From positions 7,998,001-8,062,000 of the forward strand of contig JBHGNT010000020.1 in assembly GCA_043228905.1 (NCBI GenBank): a DNA stretch of 64,000 bases. The letters run 5' to 3'. Positions within the stretch are counted from its first letter, which is position 1; each line of letters opens with the position of its first letter. The translations under genes and the position numbers were made by a program. Source of the DNA: Azolla caroliniana (lineage: Eukaryota; Plantae; Polypodiophyta). The notes below the pieces were generated by a model. That model had not been told where the DNA came from. It saw only the letters and a list, made by a program, of their open reading frames with translations, and ran no database searches. This document shows, in pieces, positions 37,430-49,606 of this stretch.

Positions 37430-40400
37430 TGTCACGGACATGATAGTGGTCATGTCAAGATTCAAATTCGGGACCTCTTGTGTTATAATCGAGTGTTATA
37501 TGTTAACCAACATATCCAATATACAATCATATGCATAATTGTTCCTTGTAGCTTTAAGTTAGTATCATGAGCATAATTGAGTGTATCACATGCATGCCTC
37601 TTAGTATAAATATTTGAGTTCACCTTGAATGAATTCAAGGTTAACAACACCAGTTAATGATACTTGCTCTTTAGCTTGTCATTCGTGTCCTTGTAGGTCT
37701 TTTACACTTGTCAATCACATCCTTGTAGTTCCGATTCTTCTTCTTTCCTTAACAATTTGTTCACCTTCCTTTTTTTCTCTCTCCCCCTCTTCGCTAACCA
37801 CACCTCAAAAGCCATGCCATGTCTGATCCGTCCAATAGCCTACCTCAAATACTTGCAGCTTTGAAACAACTCCAAGCCGAGAATGCTACCCTCTGTCAAT
37901 CTTTATTTGAGCTTTAGTCTGCCACATCCTTGGTTACCCTAGCAACCACACTCAACCCACCATCACCATCCTAAGAACCCTACTATGAACCCAAGGTTAG
38001 CCTACCCGATAAGTTCGATGGAACGTGCACGACTACGCAGATTCCTTAATCAGATCCGCGTCATCATCCATCTACAACCCCGTCGTTACACCATAGGGTT
38101 CCACCAGGTTGGTTTCTTGGGTTCATTGTTGACGGCACCAATGGAGGCGTGGTTTGCTCCCTTGGTGGAAATGACATCACCACTTTTGGAAGATTTCCCA
38201 GCCTTTCTCACTGAGTTTAAAGCTACTTTCCGGGAGACAGACAAAGATGAGTTGCACTCACTAAGATCTATTCCCTATAGCAAGTTAATCGCGCAACCTC
38301 CACCTACGCCTCTGAATTCCACCAACTGGCCTGTGATGTGGGGTGGGGCGATCAAGCCCTACGTGATCAATTCCATCGGTGATTGAGGGGTGATGTAAAA
38401 AATCTATTACTAAATTTTCCAGAGCCGACCACACTCAACAAAGTGATAACACAAGCGATACGATGTGATAACCGTCTCTTCGAGCTCTGTCAAGAGGAGC
38501 ATACAACCCGGGCAATAAGGCCTAGGATGTCTTCTTTTTGGCCTTCTTCCTCTCAATCTCCAACCCTGCCAGATGTCCTGAACCAAGTCGCAACCACTGA
38601 TTCACTTACGCCGATGGAGGTGGATAAAGTGGGCCCCCAATCGTTGTCCAATGCACAATGACAACATCGACGAGACAACAACTTGTGCTTCTACTGTTGC
38701 GTGTTTGGACATCTTACTACCTCTTGCCCGGTGAATGGTAGTCGCATACCGGGAAACGGGAGGGCCTAGGTGCACCAAGTGCTATGCAGCTGGGCTCCAT
38801 CTGTTAGATGATCAGTTGTACTCATGAGGTGCCATCTCGAAATGGTTTTACGGTACCAATGAGCTTGAAGATAGGGACTTGGGTGATATACACCACCGCC
38901 CTACTTGATTCTAGAGCCACGACATGTTTTATGGATGTGCTCTTTGGCCATGCGTACTCCATCCCTAAGGTCATCAAAACAAAGCCTATTCCGGTTGAGG
39001 TTATCAATAAATGACCACTCCTGTCGGGTGCCATCATAGAAGAAACGATTCCACTAGAGCTCATTATGGGATCTCATTGGGAAATGATCGCGTTCGATCT
39101 AATTTATTACCATAAGCATCCTGTCATTCTAGGGTTGTCTTGGTTAGTAATGCACAATCCCATTGTGGATTGGCATAGGCAATCCCTCGACTTCAACTCG
39201 GATGGGCAAAGCTAACAATAACTTGAAAGTTGCTCATGACATCAACACTTCACCTGGTCAGGTCAAGCTTGAGGAAGACCATCCTGCTCAAGCTGCTACT
39301 ATGGTCGAACCTTCAACCTCAATTCTTTCAAAATATCGAGAGTTCTCTAATGTCTTTGAGAAATGGAATGCAGATCGATTGCCAGAGCATCGGCCATACA
39401 ACTGTCCAATCGACATCCAGGACAATGCATGTCCCCCTTTGGTCCCATCTACGGGTTATTCGAGCTAGAGTTGGATGCGCTTCGTGCATACATCGACGAA
39501 AACTTGTTGAAAGAGTTCATTCGTCACTCAAAATATCCGGATGGGGCTCCAATCCCGTTCGTTAAGAAAAAAGATGGCTCCTTGCTTCTATGTGTCGATT
39601 ACCGAGGACTTAACAAGGTAAAGATCTGCAATCGTTACCCACTACCTTTGATTCCAGAGCTTTTGGATCACCTTTGGCTTGGACAAGTGTTCTAAAAAAT
39701 AGATCTACGAGGGGCTTACAACCTAGTGCATATCCGTCCGAGAGACGACGTTCCAAACCCGATACGGCTTGTTCAAGTATCATGTCATGCCATTTGGGCT
39801 AACCAACGTCCCTGCCGTATTCCAACACATGATGAATGATATTTTCCGTGAGTATCTCAACCAATTGATGGTGGTCTATCTAGATGACATTCTCATCTAC
39901 TCCCCGGATCTCGATACCCATGAGCAGCATGTCCACTTGGTGCTTTCAAGACTTCGGGAACATGGTCTTTACGCCAAATATGAGAAATGCGCATTCAAGC
40001 AGTGTTCTGTAGAATTTCTGGGCTACATCATCTCTCCTAATGGTATTTCTATGGATCAACGGAAAGTGGCCGCAATTCAAGAATGGCAACCTCCCACCCG
40101 GGTAAGAGACGTTCAATCCTTCCTTTGCTTTGCAAATTTCTATCGTCGGTTTATTAAGGGGTTCTCCAAATTTGTGCGAACATTGGTTGCACTTACCCGT
40201 AAGGACCAACCCTTCTGTTGGACGTTGGCAGAACAATCTGCATTCATGGTGCTTAAATATGCCTTTATGACCGCCTAGTATCCTTCATCCCGACCCAACA
40301 AAGCCATTCATAGTGGAAACAAATGCGTCAGACTTTGCTATTGGCACTATCCTCTCACAACCTGACAATGAGGGGGTACACCATCCAATAGCTTACTACT

Positions 40401-41985
40401 CGGATAAATTCACAACTCCGGAGATGAACTATTCGATCTATGACAAGGAACATGAAGCCATTATGTTTGCGTTCGAGGAATGGAGGCCTTACCTCGTTGG
40501 GGCCCAACACCATGTTCAAATCGTAACTGGCCATAAAAACCTTCTCTATTTTTCTTCTACCCACACCTTGAATCATCGACAAGCTCGATGGTCAATTTTC
40601 CTTGCCGACTATGACTTCGAAATCGTGTTTCGTCTAGGACACTAGCATAGCAAAGCTGATGCTCTTTCTAAGTGGCCGGAGCTAGCACCCTGCCCTAGGG
40701 ACAAGGCATACGATCAATAATCCCAAGGTTTGTTAACACTTGATCAAGTTCAAATCTTCGCGACATATGTCCTCGAAGACGAGACCCTCCTTGCTGACAT
40801 CACCACGGCCACTGCAACCAATCACTTTGCTTAGGAAATCAAAGCATGTTTCGAGGACCCAACTCATCGATCACAACAAGATGACCTTGAAAAATTCTCC
40901 TTTCGAGATGGGGTACTCTTGAGGAACAATCTAGTCTACGTCCCGGAAAGGCCGTGCCGAGTTCGCATTCTAACTAAATGCCACGATGGTTCGCTTGCGG
41001 GTCATTTTGGGGTCGCCAAAATGTTAGAGCTTATCTCTCGGACCTATTGGTGATCCCAAATGTGGAAGCTAGTGAAAGACTTCATCAAGACTTGTGACAT
41101 TTGTGCTTGATCCAAAATAGTCCATCATCACTCGTATGGACTGCTTTGACCTCTCCCACTACCGAATCGGTTGTGGTCATCCATTTCTATGGACATCATC
41201 ACCGACTTGCCACTCTCTGAGGGACATGACTCTATCTTGGTAGTCTTGGACCGATTTACCAAAATGGCGCATTTTATACCATGTTCCAAAGCCATCTCAG
41301 GCTTAGGGACATCGAATCTAATCTTAGCGAATGTTGTGCGCCTCCATGGGTTGCCTAATGACATTGTCTCCGATCTTGGTGCTCCATTTATTTCCCATTT
41401 TTGGAAACGTCTCTTCCATATTCTTGGCACCACCACCAAGTTATCAACGACATTCTATCCACAAATAGACGGGCAGATGGAACGCGTAAATCAGGTACTA
41501 GAGCAATATATTCGATTTGTGGTGATTTACCAACAAGACGATTAGACTACGTTCCTCCCATTGGCTAAATTCGCTTATAATAACACCCTTCATTCATTCA
41601 TCAGAACCTCCCCATTCTTTGCCAACTTTGGTTTCCAAACTCACTTCAACATATCCCTTCCCTCTGGTTTGGTGAACCCCTCAGTTGAAGAGTGAGTGCA
41701 TCGTCTAAAAGAAATCCACCAAGATCTAACTCTCGAGCTCGTGAATGCGCAAGACCGAAAAAAGGCAACGACTAACCATCTACGAGCTCCGATGCCCAAC
41801 CTTCAAGTAGGTGACATGGTTTGGCTACTATGACGCAATATTACGACCACAAATTTGGGCCCCTTCTACATCTCTGAGTGTATCAATCCCATGGCCTATC
41901 GACTAAACCTTCCTCCCCACTATCGCATCCATGACATTTTTCATGTATCTCTCTTGGAGGTTTACCATTCCTCTATACTTCCTGG
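37430..41985 (+). mobile_element. Degenerate Ty3/gypsy, chromovirus (Tcn1/Tf1-sushi)-like, 3'-truncated by a nested LTR
   Basis: Putative LTR 37430-~37706; gag (EPKVSLPDKFDG, TPMEVD, CCHC), PR (ALLDSRAT), RT (YLDD), RNase H (TNASDFAIG), INT (ISMDII, DGQMER, GPF, HDIFHVSLL); chromodomain region not present. Confidence 0.88.
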
Positions 41986-42229
41986 TGTCGTGGGGGATTC
42001 CGGCTACGAGGAGAAAAGGGGCCGGATGCACGTGAACAGGGATGTGTGTGGATGCACACGAAATTGCCTTAATGTACAAACATTGTAAATACTCTAGGAA
42101 TAATAAGTATTAGGTAGTGTGACTCAGATGGGTACTTTAATGTCCCATGGAAGTAAGGAATAAAAGATATGATGTGAGAGAGAATCAAGGGGAAAGCGTT
42201 GACAGAAACGGCTGCCATTAAGCGTGATG

Positions 42230-42644
42230 TGTTGAGCGGCAAGCTCAACCGGAGCCGGATCGGCTGAATAAGACGGAGCCGGTAAGCGAGACGGATCGGG
42301 CGAAACGGATCGGTATTATGGTGAGCAACCGAACCGGCAAGCAGTGGAGGCCGGTGCAATCCGTAACCGGAAGTCCAATTGGAAGCCTAGTATAGGATAG
42401 ACTACTAGGTAGCTATAGTCTCGTAGTAAGTGTCAGATGCTCGTGTGAGCATTGAAGTACATGGTACTTCTATCAGTCCCAAGAGGACTTGTATAAATAG
42501 TGCTACTTAGCACAGTGTGTGTACAGAGTCTTGATATAATTTTGAAACTACGTTCTGCTCTCTCTGTCTCTCTGTCTCTCTCTGTCTCTCTCTGTCTCTC
42601 TCTGTGTTCTCTGTTTTACGCTTCCGCAAACACTTACGTTTACA
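42230..42644 (+). repeat. 5' LTR
   Basis: TGTTGAGCGG...GTTTACA. Confidence 0.95.
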
Positions 42645-42737
42645 TGGTATCAGAGCGCGAGGGTTGAGAACCTCTGCTGCAGACATTTACTCTTGTGAAG
42701 AAAACCCTAACAGGTCAAAAACAGACACAGTAAAAGA

Positions 42738-45700
42738 CATGGATAGAGGCATGGCTACGTCGCTCCCGGTGGAGAAGCTCGACAGGAGCAACTACGCATC
42801 CTGGTCTTACAAGATGCACTAGTACTTCCTTGGACACGGGTACTGGAGTTATGTCGAAGGAGCGAATGATGCGGCGCCCGACTCGGCACACAAGGACTTC
42901 CCGATATGGGAACAAGCGGCAAGCAGGGTGATGTACTGCTTCGCGTCCAGTGTCGGTGATCAACTGCTCAGCCACATCCGTGACGCCAAGACACTGAAGG
43001 ATGATTGGGGGAACCTGAAAAAGGTTTTCGCCGCAAGCACCACTGCTCGGAAGCTGCAACTCAGACAGGAGTTGAGCAATATTCGACAGAAGAACATGTC
43101 TGTGGCAGACTACACGGGCCGGATAAAGGAGATTTGCGACTCACTCGCCTCTATCAAGGAGATTTGCAAACGGATCAGGAGGATCCAGAACCGGAAAGGC
43201 TGGTAAGGGGCCAACCTTGGTGATGAATCACAAGGCAAACTCAATGAAGAAGACCACTTCCAAAACGGAGGAAGTGTGGTATGTTGATTCTGGCGCGTCG
43301 AACCACATGACGAGCCACAAAGAGTGGTTCTCCTTTCTAGAGAAACAAGATCAACCAGGAGTAGTCGAAACCGGAGACGACACTCCTCACCCAATCGTGC
43401 ACGTCGGAGAAGTCCCTTTAAGCCACGTCGGACAAAAAGGGAAGCTGATGAACGTATTACACGTTCCGACAATCACGAAGAACCTGGTGTCCGTCGGTCA
43501 GATTGTCGACCAGGGGATGCAGGTGCGGTTTACGTACCTCGGGTGCTTCATTGAGGATGAGGGCGAAGTCATTGCGCAAGGGTGCAGAGACGGGAGGATG
43601 TTTATCCTCAACACCAATGACATTGGCACCGCTTTGTTCGCGAAACGACAGAAGGTCGAGTCGGACATCGACCTGTGGCACAAGCGGATAGGCCACGTCA
43701 ACTACCAGAGGCTTCAAGACCTGCAAACGAAAGAAGTCGTTTTCGGTTTGCTGAAGTTCAGCGGCCCGAGAGCCGAAATTTGTGAAGCCTGCCAACTTGG
43801 GAAGCAACACCGGCTTCCATTCCCCACCGAACGGAATCGGAGCCATAACAAGCTTGATCTCATCCATTCGGATATGTGGGGACCGGCACAAAGTGTAAGC
43901 CTTGGCGGGAGCCGATACTTCGTCTCCTTCATCGACGACTATACTCGACATACTTGGATCTACCTCATTGAGCAGAAGAGCGAAGTCTTCGACTGCTTTC
44001 GAAGCATCCAGAAGATGGTGGAACGGGAATCGGAGAGGAAGATCAAATGCCTTCGGTCAGATGGCGGAAAGGAATATTTTTCCGGCCAATTCACTAGTTA
44101 TCTGCAGCAGAAGGGAATTCGGCGAGAGTTCAGCTGCAGATACACACCGGAGCAAAACGGTGTGGCCGAAAGGAAGAACCGGACACTCGTAGAAGCGGCA
44201 AGGGCAATGCTAGAGGAAAAGAGCATGCCCCGGTTCTACTGGGCGGAGGCGGTCCAAACAGCCGTCTACATACAAAACCGCATTGGTGACAAGGTGTTAG
44301 CTCATGAGCTGTATTTCGGGCGCAAGCCAAACTTAAGACACCTTCGGATATTCGGCAGCATAGCGTATGTGCATGTGCCAGATCAGAAGCGGAGAAAGTT
44401 GGATGCAAAATCGGAAAAATGCATCCTAGTTGGCTATGCTCAAGAGCAAAAGGGGTATAAGTGCTACAACCCCCGGACAAAGGAAGTCCGAGTTAGCCGG
44501 GATGTCGAGTTTGATGAATCGGCATCCTAGTACTCCGTACCGACTCCGACTTCCGATCCCGACCCAATGCCGGAAGATCAGGTCAGTGAGCCTAAATCAG
44601 CCCTGGCAGAGGATGATGAAGCCGGGACTCAAGATGAGAGTCCAGAATCGTTTCGGTTGAGTGGACTGAACGAGCGACTGAGTCGGATGGACCAGTCGGA
44701 TGAAGAGACGACAAGTGGTGGAGACTCTGTCGTGCTCTCCCCGCGCAAAGAACCGAGGAAACGGTTCACGCGCAAAGAGAAGGGGAAGAGGAAGATGCCG
44801 GAATTCGAAACCGGCAACGATGAGTCGGATTGGTGCGTATCCGACTCCGGAAAGGAGAAAGGCGGATCTTCGACAACGAAGACCGAACTGGCCAAGAAGG
44901 GCCTCAAATCAGGTGACGGTGCGTTGCGCCAATCAACCCGCCAGAAGGATCCCGTCATGCGGTATGGGTACAATGAATACATGGCGCATCATTATGCGTA
45001 CATGACTAAGGTAACAGAAGTGCGTGAGCCGGAGAGCTATGTAGAAGCGGCAAAGGACGCAAATTGGCATGCCGCTATGGACGAAGAAATGCGGGCACTC
45101 GATGCCAACGAAACTTGGGACCTAGTTGATCCTCCCCGTCACTGTAAACCGATCGGATGCAAATGGGTGTACAAGGTCAAGTACAATGCCGACGGTTCTA
45201 TTAACCGGTACAAAGCCCGGTTAGTGGCGAAGGGATACGCGCAGACCCACAGAATCGACTACGACGAGACCTTCGCTCCTGTGGCGAAGATGACGACGGT
45301 TCGTGTGGTACTGGCGGTTGCTGCGGCAAGGGGGTGGCATCTTCACCAGATGGATGTGAAGAACGCCTTCCTTCAAGGCGAGCTTGAAGAAGAAGTCTTT
45401 ATGACTCAGCCCCCCAGATTTCAATCGGAGATGAACAAGTCGGCGGTATGCCGACTGAAGAAGTCGCTTTACGGCTTGAAGCAAGCCCCCCGAGCTTGGA
45501 ACGCGAAGATCACGCACCGGTTGCGTAAGCTGGGGTTTGCTGTCTCTAAGTTGGACTCTTCGTTGTTCATCCGGCAAGGCTCTGACGGTCCGGTATGTAT
45601 ACTCTTGTATGTGGATGATTTAGTCATCACCGGACCGGGTCTTCCCGAAATCAACCGCATCAAGTCCCAGTTATCGGACGCATTCGAAATGAAGGACCTG

Positions 45701-47302
45701 GGGGACCTTCATTATTTTCTTGGGATCGAAGTGATCCGGACCCCCGACGGCATATTGCTCTCACAACGACATTACGTGTTGAATATGTTGTATAAGTTCG
45801 GCATGACGGATTGCCGACCTGTCTCCACACCCCTGGACCGGAACCAGAAGCTCCATCCCACCTCCGGACCGGCCTGCAATGAGAAACGGTTCCGACAGGT
45901 TGTCGGAAGCCTGATCTACTTAACCATAACCCGACCCGACCTCAGCTATCCGGTCGGCATGGTAAGTCAGTTCATGCAGAAGCCGACCGTGGAGCACCTT
46001 CAGTGCGCACAACGAATATTACGGTATGTCAGCGGCACTAAGGACCGGGGACTGCTATACCGGCGAGGTATACCCGAAGAGCTTGTCGGTTACACATATG
46101 CTGACTGGGCCGGCGATGCGTCGGACCGCCGCTCCACTTCCGGATACATGTTCTCCATAGGTAGCGTGACCGTTGCGTGGAGCAACAAGAAGCAGCCCAC
46201 AGTGGCTTTGTCAAGCACTGATGTTGAGTACCGGGCCGCTACCGTTGCCACTTGTGAAGCCATCTGGCTTCGGCGACTGCTGCGAGACTTGCGGATCGAG
46301 GTACCGACCCCGATCCCGATGTACTGCGATAACATGAGCAACCTGTAGCTTGCCAAGAACCCTGTGTTCCATGCTCGCACAAAGCACATCGAGGTGCACT
46401 ACCACTTCGTGCGTGAGCGGGTCCTGAGCGGTGAAGTTGACCTACGGCATGTTCATACGGATCGGCAAGTTGCCGACATCTTCACCAAGCCGCTCGGATC
46501 AGACAAGTTGCAGCACTTTACCGACATGCTTGGTATTCAGCATCTCGACGTGCCGCACTTGAGGGGGAGAAGCAAGGGCAAAGTCTCTACCGAAACGGGC
46601 AAAGGCCAAAAAACTGTTGAACCCGTCGGTAAGAGGAGAGCCGGAAGAAGAGGAGACAAGAAGCTGAAGGAAGCCGAGTCGACGAAGGAAGTCGACACAT
46701 CCGAACAGGTCGGAGCAAGCGGCTGTGGAGAAGAGTTGTGCACTCAGGAAGAGAAGTGCATGCTGTGCGGAGGTCATCACGACGGTACTGACCATGACGC
46801 GGAGTCGAATGAAGAATTCGATTTCGGTTCACCAGCTGAAGAAGCCGAGGGAAGCATGGAGAAGGCCGAGACTCGGAAGTGGTCCGATGTGGTGAGAGGC
46901 CTGAAGCCGGAAGTCGAATCGGAGTGTACCGATTCGAACAAGAGTTGGAACGAGTCGGAGACAGCTGACTCGGATCAACAGATGGATTCGGATGAGTCGG
47001 ATCGACTGAAGGCCAAGGGGACACGGACACAGCGGAAGTCGATGCCATCGTGGGAGAACCGATGGATCGGCAAGCGACGGAGTCACAACAACGTGAGTGC
47101 TGAGATGGGCCTATTGAGCAGACATGCTGACCGAGAGGGTCGAGGCGCGCAGAACCAAAGGGGTCACGGCAAACGGGACCGGACCGGACGAGGAGCGCGA
47201 GCAAGGCGGAGTGACGCCAGGAGAAGTCGGTTGGGAGAACCGACTGCCACAGAGGTCGACACTATGACCCCACCTCGGGTTGAGCTTGAGGGGGAGTGTT
47301 GA
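42738..47302 (+). pseudogene. Copia Gag-Pol (PR, INT, RT, RNase H plus C-terminal extension) with three TAG stops and a gag deletion
   Basis: ORFs 42928-43206, 43217-44530 (WYVDSGAS, FIDD, SDGGKEY, NGVAERKN), 44567-46348 (QMDVKNAFL, LYVDD), 46364-47302 (KHIEV, VADIFTKPL). Confidence 0.92.
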
Positions 47303-47624
47303 GCGGCAAGCTCAACCGGAGCCGGATCGGCTGAATAAGCCAGAGCCGGTAAGCGAGACGGATCGGGCGAAACGGATCGGTATTACGGTGAGCAACCGAA
47401 CCGGCAAGCAGTGGAGGCCGGTGCAATCCGTAACCGGAAGTCCAATTGGAAGCCTAGTATAGGATAGACTACTAGGTAGCTATAGTCTCGTAGTAAGTGT
47501 CAGATGCTCGTGTGAGCATTGAAGTACATGGTACTTTTGTCAGTCCCAAGAGGACTTGTATAAATAGTGCTACTTAGCACAGTGTGTGTACAGAGTCTTG
47601 ATATAATTTTGAAACTACGTTCTG

Positions 47625-47658
<34 letters not shown>

Positions 47659-47702
47659 GTGTTGTTCTTTGTTTTACGCTTCCGCAAACACTTACGTTTA
47701 CA
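47297..47702 (+). repeat. 3' LTR
   Basis: Near-identical to 42230-42644. Confidence 0.95.
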
Positions 47703-49606
47703 TGATGTAACAACCTCCCATTGTTCTATAAAAGGGGAAGCTTTGAACTATGTTAGGAATCCATGATTTTGGAGAACGAAGTGCTGCCGGACCGAGATCT
47801 ACAAGTTTCCTTCCTTTTCCCTGTTTTCAGGTTTCCTGTCGTCGTGCTATGAGGCCTCCATTTCCCGTTGGTAGCTCGTGTGCTCCCGATCTGAGGCTCG
47901 CTAGTGTCTACATGAGTGTGTATGTGTAGTGACCTCGAAGCTCTTTTGCTGGCCGCATCTGGTTGTAATCTCTTCTTTTTTCTCTGTTAATCATTAGCTT
48001 GCTAAGTATCCCCGTGTGTTTTGGGCATCCTTGCATTCTTATCTCTGCTCTACTCCGGTTTGTGTGTGTGTTATTGAGGGGTGTGAGCTCATCGTTGCTA
48101 TTCGACATCCGGTCATGAACAATATACATCCCTGAGCCCATGCGCTCACCGTCAGGCTTCTGGGGATCGATCCGGAGTGGGCATGTGTCCAGAAACCGAT
48201 CCGGCGAAGTTATCCGGGGAACCTAATCCGGCCAACATTTCTTCCCTCACCGGCTGCTTGGTCCGAGACCCCGGTGGTCCCGCCCTGTTTCAACACATAC
48301 CCGCGGATATTCGCGACATATTTGGTGAACCCGATGTGAAGGGGGTGGCAAAGGAGTTTGAAGATGTGGGGAAGCGAGCTTGCTAAGGCAATGGTGGTGG
48401 CTGTCGACCGCCTGGTGAATGCTCATGGAAGCGCGGGTGGCCTCGACAAGGCCATCAAAACGATAATCGGCACGATAGTCCGATTCAATGGGAAAGACGT
48501 GACCATCTACCTAGAGGCCTACCGGGTCGAAATGATAATGTGGGACATACCGGAGGATTGACGACAGTCTGGATTTCCACAAGTAGTGATGACGAGCATC
48601 CACACAGAGGTGCTCGAGTGCCTGAACTTGTTGGAGCTCGAGGAGCGACTTCTCGAGAGGTACAGTTTCGACAACTTGCTCTGAGTGTCGAAGAGGGAAT
48701 TTATGGAGTGGGTCGAAGTCCCCGGCAAAGGCCGGAACAACTCAGTGCTTCTCCAAGAGTTTGAGAAGCATTTTACACGCCTTTCAGCACTGGACCGGAC
48801 CATGCTCGATACGAGCAAGGTTCTGTTATTTATGAAGTCAGTCGATCTGCTCAACTTGGAAAAGGTAGGTCTCTTATTGGAGATAGATGAAGGGCTCATG
48901 GCCGATTGGGCCGTGGTAAAAAGGGTTTGTAGCCTCTTCGACAAGCGGCATGAATGGAATGACCCAGGGTTGTTCACAGTAGGCTCGATTGCGGGGAAGA
49001 AGACGAAGGAACCGAATCCAACCCGGTTAGAAGAAACAAGGCGGCTTGAGTAGGGGACGATTCCGACCAACGTGGTTGAAGGACCATCCGGGTGTACAAC
49101 TCTTGAGGAGCTAATGAAGATGGTGCAGGATCTTCAGATTGCTCAGGCTTGGAGGGATGGTAGGGGTCAGTCGTGTGACCGACGCCCACTGAACGACCTC
49201 AGGTGCATGTGGTGCGATGATGTCGGACACGTGCAAAGAGACTGTGTCGACTTCACCGACACACTTAAGATCAATGTGGTGTACCTTTGGAACGGCCGAG
49301 TGCACACGAACAACACGTAGAGGCCCCTGAAAATAAACACTGGCCGGGGCGGAAAGAAAAGGCTGATGGAGGAGGCTGCGGTGCGGCACGCCAAGACCGT
49401 CCATTATTCGGCATCGGTAGGTATCCGGGTCGGGGGAGGGGTGGAGAATGGCAAGACGAAGAAAGACACCAGATTCTAGCTAGTAGTGTTTGAAGGGTTC
49501 TCAAGAAGCTAGTAAAGGAGGAAGCAGACCGCGCGGAGAGGAGGGTCCAAGAGGTCACCGGTTGGAGCGATCTGATAGATGAGAAAACCAGCTTCATGGA
49601 AGCCGT

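Larger units (their letters stand above)
42230..47702 (+). mobile_element. Young complete Ty1/copia element with gag deletion
   Basis: LTRs 42230-42644 and 47297-47702 (about 5 substitutions outside the CT-rich tract), perfect TSD TGATG, PBS 42645-42656, PPT 47288-47296. Confidence 0.97.
41986..49606 (+). mobile_element. Ty3/gypsy (non-chromovirus-like) 5' part: LTR split by a copia insertion, then decayed gag
   Basis: LTR starts TGTCG at 41986, resumes after TSD at 47708; gag fragments 48358-49600 (RFNGKDVTIYLEAY, RCMWCDDVGHVQRDC). Confidence 0.75.

Noticed and set aside
43457-47204. Several long antisense ORFs within the copia element
   Set aside because: Shadow ORFs of GC-rich pol coding sequence; no independent motifs
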